From NCBI GenBank assembly GCA_965140415.1, contig OZ223209.1:3264001-3328000 (forward strand): a DNA stretch of 64,000 nucleotides. The letters run 5' to 3'. This document shows, one piece after another, positions 20,501 to 28,905 of the stretch. The notes under the pieces are model-generated. The model had not been told where the DNA came from. It ran no database searches and was given only the letters and a program-made list of their open reading frames with translations. Within the stretch, counting starts at the first letter, position 1, and the number at the start of each line of letters is the position of its first letter. Made by a program: the position numbers and the translations under genes. Source of the DNA: Myxococcota bacterium (GTDB lineage: Bacteria; Myxococcota_A; SURF-8).

Positions 20501-20756
20501 CCCGATGCGGATATGGATCGGCAGGATCGGACAGTAACTCTCCCGGCGCGACATCTCCTCGGGAGACATCCTGTTCCGTCGCTTCCGTTTCACCGGCAAT
20601 CAATTCAAATGCCCGTTGCACGTCCAGTTCATCAACCCCAACTGGATCGACGAGATCGGTCAGTTCATCTGCCGTAGGATCTTCCGCCAACACTGGAAAG
20701 GCCCCAAGCATAAACCAACCCAATAGAATCGCGATTACAGATAGATTCCGGACCAT
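11598..20756 (-). CDS. Giant (~3052 aa) surface protein with dockerin-like, multiple Ig-like, BPI/LBP-like, internal MYXO-CTERM plus lipoprotein signal, duplicated unknown domain and cohesin-like module
   Basis: AAGGAGG RBS before MVRNLS. Sec signal ending VLA|E. Many 'L.EGENT...A.D.AGN...D..AP.I' Ig repeats. Internal GCLGCQ..hydrophobic..RRRR followed by hydrophobic LLAVG|C. Confidence 0.8.
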   Translation of the reverse strand: MVRNLSVIAILLGWFMLGAFPVLAEDPTADELTDLVDPVGVDELDVQRAFELIAGETEATEQDVSRGDVAPGELLSDPADPYPHRVRPNPQPNADFTIGDAVLAARRAAGHIVFDGLNASPVVTLDDDGVLTNDSTFAISGVVADDQSLDDCVVEIWLQDQLIAADVNVYPDGSFAALVQLQEGENSFTARAADALGRIGAFSEPATITLDTISPEIVFDSPLEGDYLNQSPTQFSGTATDLHDVVEVLVQGNAAQLIDMGSGQWLWGADVTFSGEGVHSVSATARDLAGNISEAVQISVTYDATAPAIAIDPVASPTNQSTVVIGGTASDGYGIESVSVNGETASYDSSAGTWQIEVTIEQGENTFSAQAVDLAGNTTDAGPVTIVGDFIDPVLTLLSDPFVNTSPYTWIIGISETVRIVSLNGVPDGSLQQGDSFSVPDWELAEGENTLQVVAQDTAGNLVTVDLVVTMDTVAPVIEITRVFRDGYVFLPEDGVDGVVTNAPTVIISGTVSDAVSGIEGVWVNGYEATVTDGSFQLGPLPLIPRANGVTASARDGAGNEAQHAITVHQDVEGPEISLNGFRRGAHVSSSGQFNAPELGNYDGTSSILVTGQATDLYTGTSAVTVQFDGQDLPVTTSNDYADFEFTIPQEAFNTGGLQLLRVTATDELANDNLNIQGALTGDYLLRGDIGKNGAGMGLAESVLSYFTAMVETEVEAMDGSEMIDESVSEAGISMDATGLAFCDPGSGHRYDGPSGVMNPPRCRYNCDQSVTVLMGIDNDGHVDITMVIHYLHVDMYMNSNWACWFGSEAYARARPATISLKADFVDGTDGPALVSIPGSVTVTLSDFTLELEDCDFAEWVLDLAMDAIRDAMVDAFTNEIDSILGNLGDALAAPLMEEENTSFALYIASISNDVSGLKFWLDFYGNPCPDPTAFTDKSDDETEDPDDFLPCLDPVTYPPAQDIYDSPGSLITPNPDAASRPQLVMVDQNGLARTLEVALNDDLVNYLIYSEWAQGTLEMTIDQETVGDALSLDTASFSIFIPELANPNRTDVQQIVPTGTPMIIQLHPMLPITVEGIQDPDGIRARAGDMVMSFYGDTNGDGEYETAMFDIAIELYADATLRYVASEGIPEVDKVEVELADPEVYTDLLWSAFVLNETTLRAAVPTLIDLVLPMFMSSYGSIDLPGSGMRIAELSVIDPNAEFIDMMGDLQASIYITAPNDVHSGDLPFSGIVNGLGVSANAVNASIQTFIGPVTDPATPLVEFSSITVSALPNAEGLYWEGTIAQSLLTDGENMLRVFVTDYNFLDGNNEPHVSYATMKIQYDALTGESTVLSGASEPTGGSIFDAFGDLSGCLGCQSQDTDGSLLLLTAAFALLGVFWRRRRHGVDSPWMGLLFLFLLPMLLAVGCSDSESGFIVPDGDDDSEFAGDLDIDGDLPDGDGEQEEEPLVADFTGPDIDDDPVLVLNMVQIGDETQGFNLDEGRSPEGDPDPDNGVASLGTLANGSLKDAVDKGSVILVFKLRGLTNLPAPGESGAVSLDGYMGTDLDDDYTDNFSGSEMFGIDPMSFNEDGELLIHFDRVDIWADEDGVAHLKGGPAVFTLAIPMGDEGAMISLTINETQISGIIEQSALRSGGIDLKDGLLGGVIPCSVLAQPLEALGNIAPLALLKDDVDIDLDEDGQLDKTNNTENGDGVSAGVILTGLPAYLSEESANRAPTIKLDALPDSVTEPLLSVSGVITDPDGSCEAATVSLRVREGEGVAAIVTGGEAGCTFTGDVLLALGLNTVVATVTDERGATASDSGDVTLTDDTPPVVQVTGPMGPQVTEAVQTLTGLATDNVGILGVQIVVTDGESYAVLGTELGENGEFAVEITLPKLGDNIITVQAKDLAENVSEAVIHPLELVDVDPPEITLTSVTDGVVTVSPPDELIVHRAAVTIKGTAHDIFGDDELVVEAAIGEGERVSCTYEPLLGTFTGELTLALGDNAVSIFAADPQGNEGELEVTISYVDNQLPVIQVTAPDPLVTAAAQTLRFAITDDVDTADTLSPTVSLNAAEAVAATYDATENDFYLPMVLQLGDNTIRIDVSDLSGNAAFSEGVIELQDENPPSLTVTAPENGAETMETGVEVVGTVADDIALAAVPLSITVGSESYQPVIEESGAFSQWVELELGANEITVLASDLSGLTTEILLNVTRIDPDAPSMIDLSADPQTILVQGAQSVLTVTVERNAGGPVPAGTEVQFELDPTTLGELSASSVATTDASGIVTVTFTSYDDPGAVLVTASAGDLSDSTTIQIAEPTLSELQICTDGTQSFAGAHMSVSYSGDANLMTPTADALVSSALADGFYTHATQQDAPQLLWAGTSLVATAGEIGRFSWPVDSGVPEQDEFSIDNETVSDLLGVTADGEGFSVCGLENQLGDLPPVVDIDPQPARVTDPNITLTATVQDSDLSTCVGTLSINGQEQTVDVSTGQISESVTLQPGSNSLLLSVRDTNDQVGQDSVSVFYEAPNDLPELAVTYPGTTTAEASVVVTGTISDDGPLSDVTVRVRIGSGDWVACTIDEGAGTWQSDASLALAMGVNALRAEATDGLGGTTTISLNVRRVEPVTPPVITLTAPQNGQDFNTNPVEVSGTVAEGGNPAQITLSLTLNGDTHSINWDYFNRSFSASVVLADGENVLVIRAEDFTGGYDEESVTVTFTAPDDPPTVTITSPQDGASLAAGEVQVTGIIADDRALSTLQSFAVNGVYVMLDNESGMTSTWSALVPLVEGQNVLVASATDARGNVGDDSITISNVAPPAIVLNVVQIGGAADGFNVDQIGNLGDLAVDNALTGLGSLANPILADKIVDPEDPLLMILELTGLAELPGPGDPPVVVTINGYIGVDLDADSSDNFSGTETFAIDPSSYDEETGLPMIRFKNVEIVNDFGQVRLNTYPDQPARFSLSLDTGETALDMNVEPAYIDATFASGANGVSMNESLLGGVVPAGNLAVELDLDGQMINPLEILIRDDPADPIPDVDLNDDGVLATNPETDAIPENPDGVSVGINVAGVPCLIQR

Positions 20757-20914
20757 CAGTCGCCTCCTTGCAATGAAGACCGATTGCATTTTGTGTTACC
20801 GATAAAACGATTGCAGTCTCTTACCACTATATCGAAGAGAACGTGCTTTTCAACCGGAAATCGAGCTTCTTTGTAGTTTTACGGCAAGTAGACAGAAAAA
20901 AGGTGTGGACTGGG

Positions 20915-21259
20915 TCAGTCATCCATACCCGGAGTACGTCGCAACCGCTTTTTCTGTCCGTGTAATTGCTTGGCTGCCAGTCGGCGACGAATTGAATTTC
21001 TTGTGGGATTTGTGGCTTTGCGGGTTTTACGAGGGCGATTCAACTGCTTGAGTCGAACGATCAGACGCTGAAAGGCCATTTCCAGATTCTGGTTTTGAGA
21101 ACGGCGCTCCACCGCGATTACCGTCAACCCCGAAGGCGGATGAAACAAGCGTACGCCGGTTTCACTGGTATTGCGATGCTGCCCACCCGGACCGCTGGCC
21201 CGGAAAAAGCTTACCTCGCATTCGCGTTGCAGGGTTTCACGATCCGTACTGTAACTCAT
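20915..21259 (-). CDS. Peptidyl-tRNA hydrolase / release-factor-like protein (ArfB-like)
   Basis: ASGPGGQHRN (GGQ), RSQ and a basic C-terminal tail. Confidence 0.85.
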   Translation of the reverse strand: MSYSTDRETLQRECEVSFFRASGPGGQHRNTSETGVRLFHPPSGLTVIAVERRSQNQNLEMAFQRLIVRLKQLNRPRKTRKATNPTRNSIRRRLAAKQLHGQKKRLRRTPGMDD

Positions 21260-21344
21260 GGCGACACTTTCAACATTCTGTTTTTACTTGCCTTTTTCAG
21301 ATTAGTTCCCAATCAATTTTCGCGATATGTCCTTTTTTGATTTC

Positions 21345-21500
21345 TGTAGCGGCGGAGCGTCCGCTCGCCGACGCGTAGCATGGGTCAAGCGGAGGGAAAC
21401 GAAGCTTGCCCATGTAGCCCTCGAACACGGGCAAACCTGCGGTTTAGCCCGCGCCACCCGGAAATCAACTAGTTTTTTCGGCTTATGCCTCGCCGTTACA
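21345..21500. repeat. REP-like composite repeat (family 2, copy 2)
   Basis: Begins GTAG + palindrome (gtag cggcggagc..gctcgccg). Has a minus-strand GTGG + palindrome unit. Ends cgccgttaca, an imperfect inverted repeat of the start. Confidence 0.75.
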
Positions 21501-21558
21501 AAAAGACGTTGCTAATGATGAATGATGACTCCTCACCTTCTTCATTCTTCTGGGCAAC

Positions 21559-21999
21559 CTAACTCCGATCAAATTCGGGAGCGATGGGAACCGTCGTGGG
21601 CGCGAAGGTGCCCGCGCCGGTTGCGACAAGCCTCCCGGAAGCGGTATGGACCTGCATCTCGGCAGTAGCAATGCGTTTTCCAAGCCGCACCAGTTTGCCG
21701 GTAGAAATCAACTTCTCCTGCTTGACATGCTCCAACAATCGCACCTGAAACTCCACCGTGGCAATCCAGGTGTCATAGTGTGGCGCAACGGTAAACCAGC
21801 CGGCATTATCGAGCAAGGTGGCGAATACTCCCCCATGCACCCCATTCAAGGCATGATCGAAGTTTTCATTATATGGCAACTCGAAACAGGCGTTGCCATC
21901 GGCATCATAAGAGATTTCCATTCCAAACGCCTTTTTGATGGGCGCTCGATTGAAAAGCGCAACAAATTGCTCCCGTCGCTGTTTTAGATCCTGCACCAT
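21559..21999 (-). CDS. PaaI-family thioesterase
   Basis: NGVHGGVFATLLD motif and hotdog-fold size. Confidence 0.9.
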   Translation of the reverse strand: MVQDLKQRREQFVALFNRAPIKKAFGMEISYDADGNACFELPYNENFDHALNGVHGGVFATLLDNAGWFTVAPHYDTWIATVEFQVRLLEHVKQEKLISTGKLVRLGKRIATAEMQVHTASGRLVATGAGTFAPTTVPIAPEFDRS

Positions 22000-22141
22000 C
22001 CCAAAACAACCTTTCCAAAGTCGATGTACTTGCCGAATCGCTCCCTACCATGCCGACGGGCAGCAGCCGATGTCAAGCAAATCCTGCCTGATTGCCGGGT
22101 TTTCGTCATCACCAATTCACCTATTTTCTGCTACACGGCAG

Positions 22142-22999
22142 TTTTCCACAATCAATATCCAGGTAATAGAAAGGACATTTTATTGTCTATTTTCTATCAG
22201 TTAAATTAACTATCCACGAGTTATCCACATTCTCCACAAGGGTTTTTCACACAGCTTATCCACAAGTTATCCACAATTCAAGAAATCGAAATTCCTACAT
22301 TCATGACAGATTCGTTCTTTCTAGCCCACATCCACTTAAAAGAACTGTTTCCATTTTCACTTTTACTCACACAACCAGGATAAGGAATCCAATCAAATGC
22401 AATCGTGAAAAACGTTCTTTTTTCCACCTGATAAGCAGTTATTTATAATCTTTGTTGTTTTCCATAAACCAGCAAAAGGGATGCAACCTTGTATTACACG
22501 TAATACATAACACGTTTTTCCATTTGATTTTACTAGAGAAGCGATACCCCGATCCCGCCACAGGCCTATATTTGATGCGGAACAAATCAAACTTCGACAA
22601 TCGGTATCAATCAAATTGAACCGATGTATCATATCTGTATCATGAATGCGATTACATTGAAGAGATCGACCTGCTTCATGCAGTTGATTCCATCCCTAAA
22701 AGCAAATCAGGACAATCATACTCTGAATAGAATATTCTTATTATCACAATCTGGCCAGAACAGACCACCCATATTTGCGACATTCATAGTCCGTTTTTCC
22801 TGTTGAATTCACCTCCTACCAGCTCACAAAACGAAGTGCCTCAAATCCCCTCTTTTGGGAAACTCAAACTCTATAGATTAAAACTTAATTGTGGATAACT
22901 TGTGGATATCGTCATTTTAACAATTGTGAATAACGAATCTATAGACTTGTAATCACAAATGATTTCAGCACACTAAACCAGTATATCATCTGTGAATAA
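22142..22999. promoter_or_regulatory. DnaA-box clusters; candidate replication origin (oriC)
   Basis: TTWTNCACA matches on + at 22142, 22221, 22243, 22256, 22267 (near matches at 22210, 22230). On - at 22890, 22925, 22991 (near match at 22901). They lie in a ~1-kb AT-rich intergenic gap. Confidence 0.7.
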
Positions 23000-23076
23000 C
23001 GATTACAAATAGAAGGTTTTCCATAATTGACCGAGGATTTCCGCTGCCAGAATCCTCTAAGCATCTGAATGAACAA

Positions 23077-24141
23077 TCATTTTTTCTTTTTGGAATTTTT
23101 CGATGGCGTGGACTTTCGCTTGCGCCAACTGGCCACAGCTCGACTGGATTTCATTTCATACGGACGCTCCAGCAACTCCAGTTCTTTCTTCTGTTTGCGG
23201 TAGCTTTCCATGCGACTCGCGTCCAGTTCTCCAGCCTCAATTGCCGCCAATACGGCACAGCCCGGCTCTTTTTCATGGCTACAGTCGCGAAACTGGCATT
23301 TCGCCGCAATCTCTGCGATATCGCTGAAAGCCAGCCTTAAAACCTCCTGATCGCCCCACAGCTGCACTTCACGCATGCCGGGGGTATCGATGACCAAGGC
23401 TCCAGAATGCAGCAGGATCAACTCACGATGCGTCGTGGTGTGACGCCCCCGGTCGTCGTATTCGCGCACCGGACCGGTAAGCTGGCGCTCTTCCCCAAGT
23501 AAACGATTGATAATAGAGGATTTTCCTACTCCGGAAGACCCAAGCAGGGCAACGCTTTCGCCTTCTTTCAGATAGCTCTCCAATTGTGGAAAACCTTCTC
23601 CCGTTTGAGCGCTGAGCGCCAGCACGGGCAAGTCGAGCGCCAGTTGCCGAGTCTGCTCGATACGGCTGGCCACATCCTCGCAGATATCCAGTTTATTCAA
23701 TAAAACCACCGGTTCAGCGCCACTTTCCCAGGCCATCGTAAGAAAGCGCTCGATCCGGCGCGGATTGAACTCGCCATCCAGCCCGCTCACTAAAAATACG
23801 GTGTCGATATTGGCGGCTACAACCTGGGCATCCAGTTCCATACCCGAGGCGCGCCGTGAAAAGGCACTGAAACGCGGCAGCAGATCGTAAATTACGGCGC
23901 GAGAATCGTTTTTTCGCGCTTTGACCGCAACCCAATCACCGACTACCGGAAAATCGGCCAGCGTTTGGGTTTCGTGGCGAAATTTCCCCAATACGCGCGC
24001 CAAACAGACGCGATCGTCCAGCGCAATGGAATAGGAAGTTCGAAAAGCGCGAAGAACGCGGGCCGGTTGCAGCCCTTTTCGGCGATAGGGTCGGAACTGT
24101 CGTTCCCATTCATCATTCCAACCCAGTTGTCGAAGGTTCAT
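23077..24141 (-). CDS. rsgA: Ribosome small subunit-dependent GTPase A
   Basis: VVGDWV, AANID, NKLD, GSSGVGKS, GRHTTT, DTPG and CQFRDCSHEKEPGC. Confidence 0.95.
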   Translation of the reverse strand: MNLRQLGWNDEWERQFRPYRRKGLQPARVLRAFRTSYSIALDDRVCLARVLGKFRHETQTLADFPVVGDWVAVKARKNDSRAVIYDLLPRFSAFSRRASGMELDAQVVAANIDTVFLVSGLDGEFNPRRIERFLTMAWESGAEPVVLLNKLDICEDVASRIEQTRQLALDLPVLALSAQTGEGFPQLESYLKEGESVALLGSSGVGKSSIINRLLGEERQLTGPVREYDDRGRHTTTHRELILLHSGALVIDTPGMREVQLWGDQEVLRLAFSDIAEIAAKCQFRDCSHEKEPGCAVLAAIEAGELDASRMESYRKQKKELELLERPYEMKSSRAVASWRKRKSTPSKNSKKKK

Positions 24142-24459
24142 CCTTTTCCCTTTTCCTGTGATCGCCGCTGCAACAAAACTACTTTTTTATGTCGACGGAT
24201 CTGTCCGACAGCATAACCAACAAAAAAACAAAGTCAATATCAGCCGTAAAGATTATCATCCTCCCTTTTCAGTGCCGATTTCAACACAAGCAAACACCCA
24301 CGAATCCCACTGTTTTTACACACCTTTTTAAAACACTCACATTCAATACCTATTATTTTTTCTTTTTTTTAACATATACCCCTTGCTTTTTTTTCATTTC
24401 CATTTATTTTTTTGTCCGGTTATTGGAGGTGAACGCAGCAGCTATCTGGAGCGAAGATC

Positions 24460-24879
24460 ATGCCGATTTACGAGTATCAATGCGAGAAATGCAACAAAGT
24501 TATCGAAGTGATGCAGAAAATCACAGAAGAACCTTTGCAGGAGTGCGAGTGTGGAGAACATGGTAAGGTCCATCGCTTGATCTCCAGAACATCCTTCGTA
24601 CTCAAAGGCACCGGCTGGTACGAAACCGATTTCAAAGATAAAGGCAAAAGCAAATCCGGCAGCTCTCACGCCTCATCCCCCTCCAATGGTTCGAACGACT
24701 CCAGCCAATCCGCCGCCTCAGATACCTCCAGCGGCTCCAATGGTGACAGCAGCAACTCCACGACTTCCGAAAGCAAAAGCAACGGCGACAGCACGAAGTC
24801 GGAAGCCAGCACGACCACCGCGACTCCGAGTTCCTCTGCTTCTTCGGAGAGCAAAGCCAGCACCAGCAAAGCATCCTGA
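24460..24879 (+). CDS. FmdB-family zinc-ribbon protein with Ser-rich tail
   Basis: [11 protein letters not shown]...CECG...[12 protein letters not shown]. Confidence 0.9.
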   Translation: MPIYEYQCEKCNKVIEVMQKITEEPLQECECGEHGKVHRLISRTSFVLKGTGWYETDFKDKGKSKSGSSHASSPSNGSNDSSQSAASDTSSGSNGDSSNSTTSESKSNGDSTKSEASTTTATPSSSASSESKASTSKAS

Positions 24880-25163
24880 AGCACGACTCTGACACTTATT
24901 GCGATTCTCAATCATTTTCAGCCACAGATTCTGTGATTTTGTGCCATCGTCTTATGCGATCGAAGATCGTGGAAGGCAGTGTGTCTTCAATAAGTTACGC
25001 ACGGCCTCCCGGAATTCTCATTCCGTGATACCATGGCACATCATGATTACTCGATGGACAAAACTGATAATGCATAATGATTTCTATAAGGGATTTGTTA
25101 TTTGACGCCCCCAGCCGACTCCGCTACACTGGATTTCAAGCTTTCTTTAAACTGGCGGACGTG

Positions 25164-26783
25164 ATGCAGAGGCTACTACTTCCCTTACTCATATTCATTC
25201 TCCACACCTCATTGGCGTGGGCAGGCGACGACCTGGAAAAACTGGATCGCGAAGTCGATATTGCCAGCAGCCCCTGGCAAACACCCGTTCCTCCATTTTC
25301 AGACTGGTCCCTGCTGGATACAAGCCGAACGGCGGGAGAGATTACTCTTCATCTGAAACATATCCAGAGCGCACTGCCTCTCGATCTGATCCTGACCAAA
25401 CGCGATGACGACCAGGCGCACTACTCTCAAACTCGCCTTTACAATCTGCTTTATCGCGAACCGCAGAACCAGCAGATTGACCCGTCGGCACTTAAAGCAC
25501 TGCTTGAGGCATGGCGATCTAACCTATTGGAGTTCGAAGAACCTAAAACGTTTTTACTTGGTCATCAACAACTGGATCGCACTGCCCGGCAGCAAGCCAC
25601 CCAAAAACGAATCGACCGGCGCAACAAGGCGATCAAAGCCGAACAACGCCGCAAGCAACTGGGAGTGGAACAGTTCCTTGGCCAAGGTCAACGTCTAAAA
25701 CTCAGTGAAACGGAACTTCAAGTCTGGATGGGACTGCTATTGCTATCCGTTCTGGTCTTTCTGTACCCGCCTGTCAATTGTCTTAGGGTTGGAAATGGAA
25801 GCCCGATCATTCCCAGTGGACACTTCACCTCAGCCATGCTAGCCTTGGCATTTGCGCTCGGCACAACAAGCACTTTACAAACGTATCTTCATGGTGTTAC
25901 GACAGACACCTCAAGCAGCTTCGAGCAAACAACAGCCACATTACTGAACATACTGCCATCCATCTTTCTTGAATTCGACCAATGGTTTAACGACTTCTCC
26001 GGCATGGGTTGGTCGCTTTTACTTGGGGCACTGATCTACATCAATCTGTTCTTCATCCAGCGCATCGCATATGTCCTGTATGCGCAACGACAGATCGGCC
26101 TGATTACCGCCCTGCTTTATGTACTTTTCCGCTTTCTCAGCGCCGATACAACGGCTTTACTGCCTACTTTGATTGCAGACTGCGGTATCGGCTTGTCACT
26201 CTTGGGACTGACGAACGCAACGCTATCCAAGAGGAACCGCTGGCAGATCTTCTTCGCCGTCACCGGCTCGACGCTGGCAATATGGCAAGTCCCCTGCCTG
26301 ATCGGCCTGCTTCCATTATTATGGATCTACCCGCTTATCATCAGCCCGGACTGGAAAGCGACGCTGGCCTCTCCGCTTAGCTGGACACCTCCCCTTTTAA
26401 CCGCCCTGGCTGCTGCACCGCTTTTCGCATGGACTTCCTCTACTCCTGCCGACTTGCTATTGCCGACTTTGTTTCTTGGAGGATTTTCGGATTTCTCCCT
26501 AGCCGGCCTGACAACGATGTCCCCTTCCTGGATTTTCGGCATTCTTGCCATAGTTGGGATCGTCATGTCGATCGGCATCTGGCTGCAACCCACCGGAGTG
26601 CGCCTCACCTCTTTGGCACTGCTTTTAAGCCTGCTTTTCTGTCTGATCTTCAAGATCGGATTTACAGGAGATTTAGCCAAAGCCTGCAAACTCGAACAAC
26701 TCTTCCTGCTGCCATTATTGCTTCTGGCATCGATGATCTTTGCCGCCTATCTTCGATTGCGTGGCAAAACAAGCGAATTGTAG
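25164..26783 (+). CDS. Hypothetical polytopic membrane protein with N-terminal exported domain
   Basis: Signal-peptide-like MQRLLLPLLIFILHTSLAWA and many hydrophobic segments in the C-terminal two thirds. Start uncertain (the ORF is open from 25077). Confidence 0.6.
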   Translation: MQRLLLPLLIFILHTSLAWAGDDLEKLDREVDIASSPWQTPVPPFSDWSLLDTSRTAGEITLHLKHIQSALPLDLILTKRDDDQAHYSQTRLYNLLYREPQNQQIDPSALKALLEAWRSNLLEFEEPKTFLLGHQQLDRTARQQATQKRIDRRNKAIKAEQRRKQLGVEQFLGQGQRLKLSETELQVWMGLLLLSVLVFLYPPVNCLRVGNGSPIIPSGHFTSAMLALAFALGTTSTLQTYLHGVTTDTSSSFEQTTATLLNILPSIFLEFDQWFNDFSGMGWSLLLGALIYINLFFIQRIAYVLYAQRQIGLITALLYVLFRFLSADTTALLPTLIADCGIGLSLLGLTNATLSKRNRWQIFFAVTGSTLAIWQVPCLIGLLPLLWIYPLIISPDWKATLASPLSWTPPLLTALAAAPLFAWTSSTPADLLLPTLFLGGFSDFSLAGLTTMSPSWIFGILAIVGIVMSIGIWLQPTGVRLTSLALLLSLLFCLIFKIGFTGDLAKACKLEQLFLLPLLLLASMIFAAYLRLRGKTSEL

Positions 26784-26910
26784 CCCTTGCAATCAATAAA
26801 TTCGGTTCAGAATGAAAATCAGCAAAAAAACGGCAGGCACAATCTTGACAGAAAGATGAAAGAAAGGGATGGTAAACTCGTTCTGTATTGAACCGACCCC
26901 GTTTCTTTAA

Positions 26911-27876
26911 ATGGGTTCACGTGCTTTAACGGGAATGGTAAAGGCGGATAGTATGTTCGGAATGGGTACACCATTGGAATGGGGCGTTTTCGGCGGCATC
27001 GTACTCGGTCTGCTGGCCCTGGATCTTTTCCTGTTCAACCGGGAGGCGCACCAGGTTTCCGTACGCGAAGCAGCCATTTGGAGCGCCGTTTGGGTTGGCC
27101 TGTCGTTACTGTTCAACGTCTTTGTCTATTTCGATCACGGCTACGAGCCGGCAATCAACTTTCTCACCGCCTATTTAGTCGAGAAGTCGCTCTCCGTCGA
27201 CAACTTGTTCGTATTCCTGGCGTTATTCAACTACTTTAAAATACCGAGTAAATACCAACATCGGGTGTTGTTCTGGGGAGTAATCGGCGCACTGCTGATG
27301 CGTATCCTGTTCATCGGCGCAGGTGCCGCACTGTTGTCCACTTTCGACTGGATGATGTATGTTTTTGGAGCCTTCTTGATTTACACCGGTGTCAAACTCG
27401 GCGTTTCCGGAGATCACGACATCGACCCGGCGCATTCGCCGATCATGAAAATCACGACTCGCTTTTTCCGCATTTCAAAGCAATTGCATGGCAGCCGCTT
27501 TTTCATCCGCGAAAACGGTGTGCGCATGGCGACTCCGCTGTTTCTGGTGCTCGTGATTATCGAGTTTACAGATGTGCTGTTCGCCTTCGATTCCGTTCCT
27601 GCCGTACTGGCAATCTCGAACGATCTGTTTATCGTGTATACTTCCAATATTTTCGCGATTTTAGGACTGCGCGCCCTGTACTTTCTGCTGGCAGGAGTTA
27701 TTGAAAAGCTACGTTTCTTGGACACCGGTTTGGCCATCATCCTGTGCTTTATCGGCGTTAAAATGGTGATTGCGGAGTGGATTCACATTCCGGCATTGAC
27801 CAGTTTCGGCGTGATCTGCGGCGTCCTGACCGTCACCATCATCGCCTCGATCCTTATTCCCAAAAAACAGGATTAG
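26911..27876 (+). CDS. TerC/Alx-family membrane protein
   Basis: EKSLSVDNLFVF, QHRVLFWG, DVLFAFDSVPA, SNIFAILGLRALYF. The true start may be one of the downstream ATGs. Confidence 0.93.
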   Translation: MGSRALTGMVKADSMFGMGTPLEWGVFGGIVLGLLALDLFLFNREAHQVSVREAAIWSAVWVGLSLLFNVFVYFDHGYEPAINFLTAYLVEKSLSVDNLFVFLALFNYFKIPSKYQHRVLFWGVIGALLMRILFIGAGAALLSTFDWMMYVFGAFLIYTGVKLGVSGDHDIDPAHSPIMKITTRFFRISKQLHGSRFFIRENGVRMATPLFLVLVIIEFTDVLFAFDSVPAVLAISNDLFIVYTSNIFAILGLRALYFLLAGVIEKLRFLDTGLAIILCFIGVKMVIAEWIHIPALTSFGVICGVLTVTIIASILIPKKQD

Positions 27877-27929
27877 CCCGTTTTGAAACAAGGTTCCACG
27901 TCTTCAACCGGACAGCAGAACAGACAGGT

Positions 27930-28135
27930 AGAAATCCACAAGACCCACCATCAAGGAAGGGGTTTCCCTTCCCTCTACCGTCACTCGCCACGCATCATTT
28001 AGCGGCTTGTACCGGGGCGCGAGCCGCCGTCAAGGCTATATGAACGTCGCGTTGCTCCGGCCTTGACTACTGCCCGCTAGTACCCCGGTTATTCAAGCCT
28101 CATGATGCGAGGCGGCTCCGTCGGGGAAGGGAAAA
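27930..28135 (+). repeat. ~205-bp nested-palindrome dispersed repeat, copy B
   Basis: Aligns with copies A and C. Confidence 0.92.
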
Positions 28136-28315
28136 TCAAGCTACCTGCGCTATTCGTTCGAATCGAGTAAGCTCCCCGGAAAGGGACGCTGAACCATATT
28201 TTGTAATCCACACAGATATGATGAAATAAATCAGACAGTTGAAACACTCCTATCATTAGGTGCTAAAACCATTGAGTAGAACCTATATTGCGACTGCAAA
28301 CAAAGGAGGGTACGA

Positions 28316-28771
28316 ATGTCGAAACATGTGATGATTGTGGACGATGACATCAACAACCTGGATTTCTTGACCACCGTATTGAAAAAGCACGGCTATGAAT
28401 CCTCGACGGCTAAAGATGGGCGTGAGGGCCTTGAAAAACTGAAAGGTTTCAAGCCCGATCTGCTGGTGCTGGATGTCATGATGCCGAAGAAAACCGGATT
28501 CGCGCTGTTCAAGCAGATGAAAGCGGATGCGGACCTGTGTGATATTCCAGTCGTTATGCTGACCGCCATTGCCGGTGTCATCGACGAAAACAAAGAAGCC
28601 GCCGCTGAAGAAACAATCAGTGAGATCGGCGATGCATTCCATGACAAAATGGAAAAGATGGTGCAATTCTTCCGCAGCGAAGGAGAAATTCGACCGGAAG
28701 CCTTTGTCGACAAACCCATTCAGCCGGATATCTTCGTCGCGACCATTGAGAAGTTCATCGGCAAGCCATAG
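28316..28771 (+). CDS. Single-domain response regulator
   Basis: IVDDD, LLVLDVMMP, MLTA, DKP. GGAGG RBS. Confidence 0.92.
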   Translation: MSKHVMIVDDDINNLDFLTTVLKKHGYESSTAKDGREGLEKLKGFKPDLLVLDVMMPKKTGFALFKQMKADADLCDIPVVMLTAIAGVIDENKEAAAEETISEIGDAFHDKMEKMVQFFRSEGEIRPEAFVDKPIQPDIFVATIEKFIGKP

Positions 28772-28905
28772 CTCCGATTCCACTGGATGCTACAGAAATG
28801 TTGTGGTGGAAAAGGAAGTTACTGTCATTCGTTGGGATAATCGAAATCTGACAGAACGATGGCAGGGAGCGGAATCGCTCCAAACGAAAAGAATGGCAAC
28901 AATCG

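Noticed and set aside
22024-22806. Small ORFs in the AT-rich gap
   Set aside because: They have atypical composition and no RBS or motifs. The region is better explained by the DnaA-box clusters.
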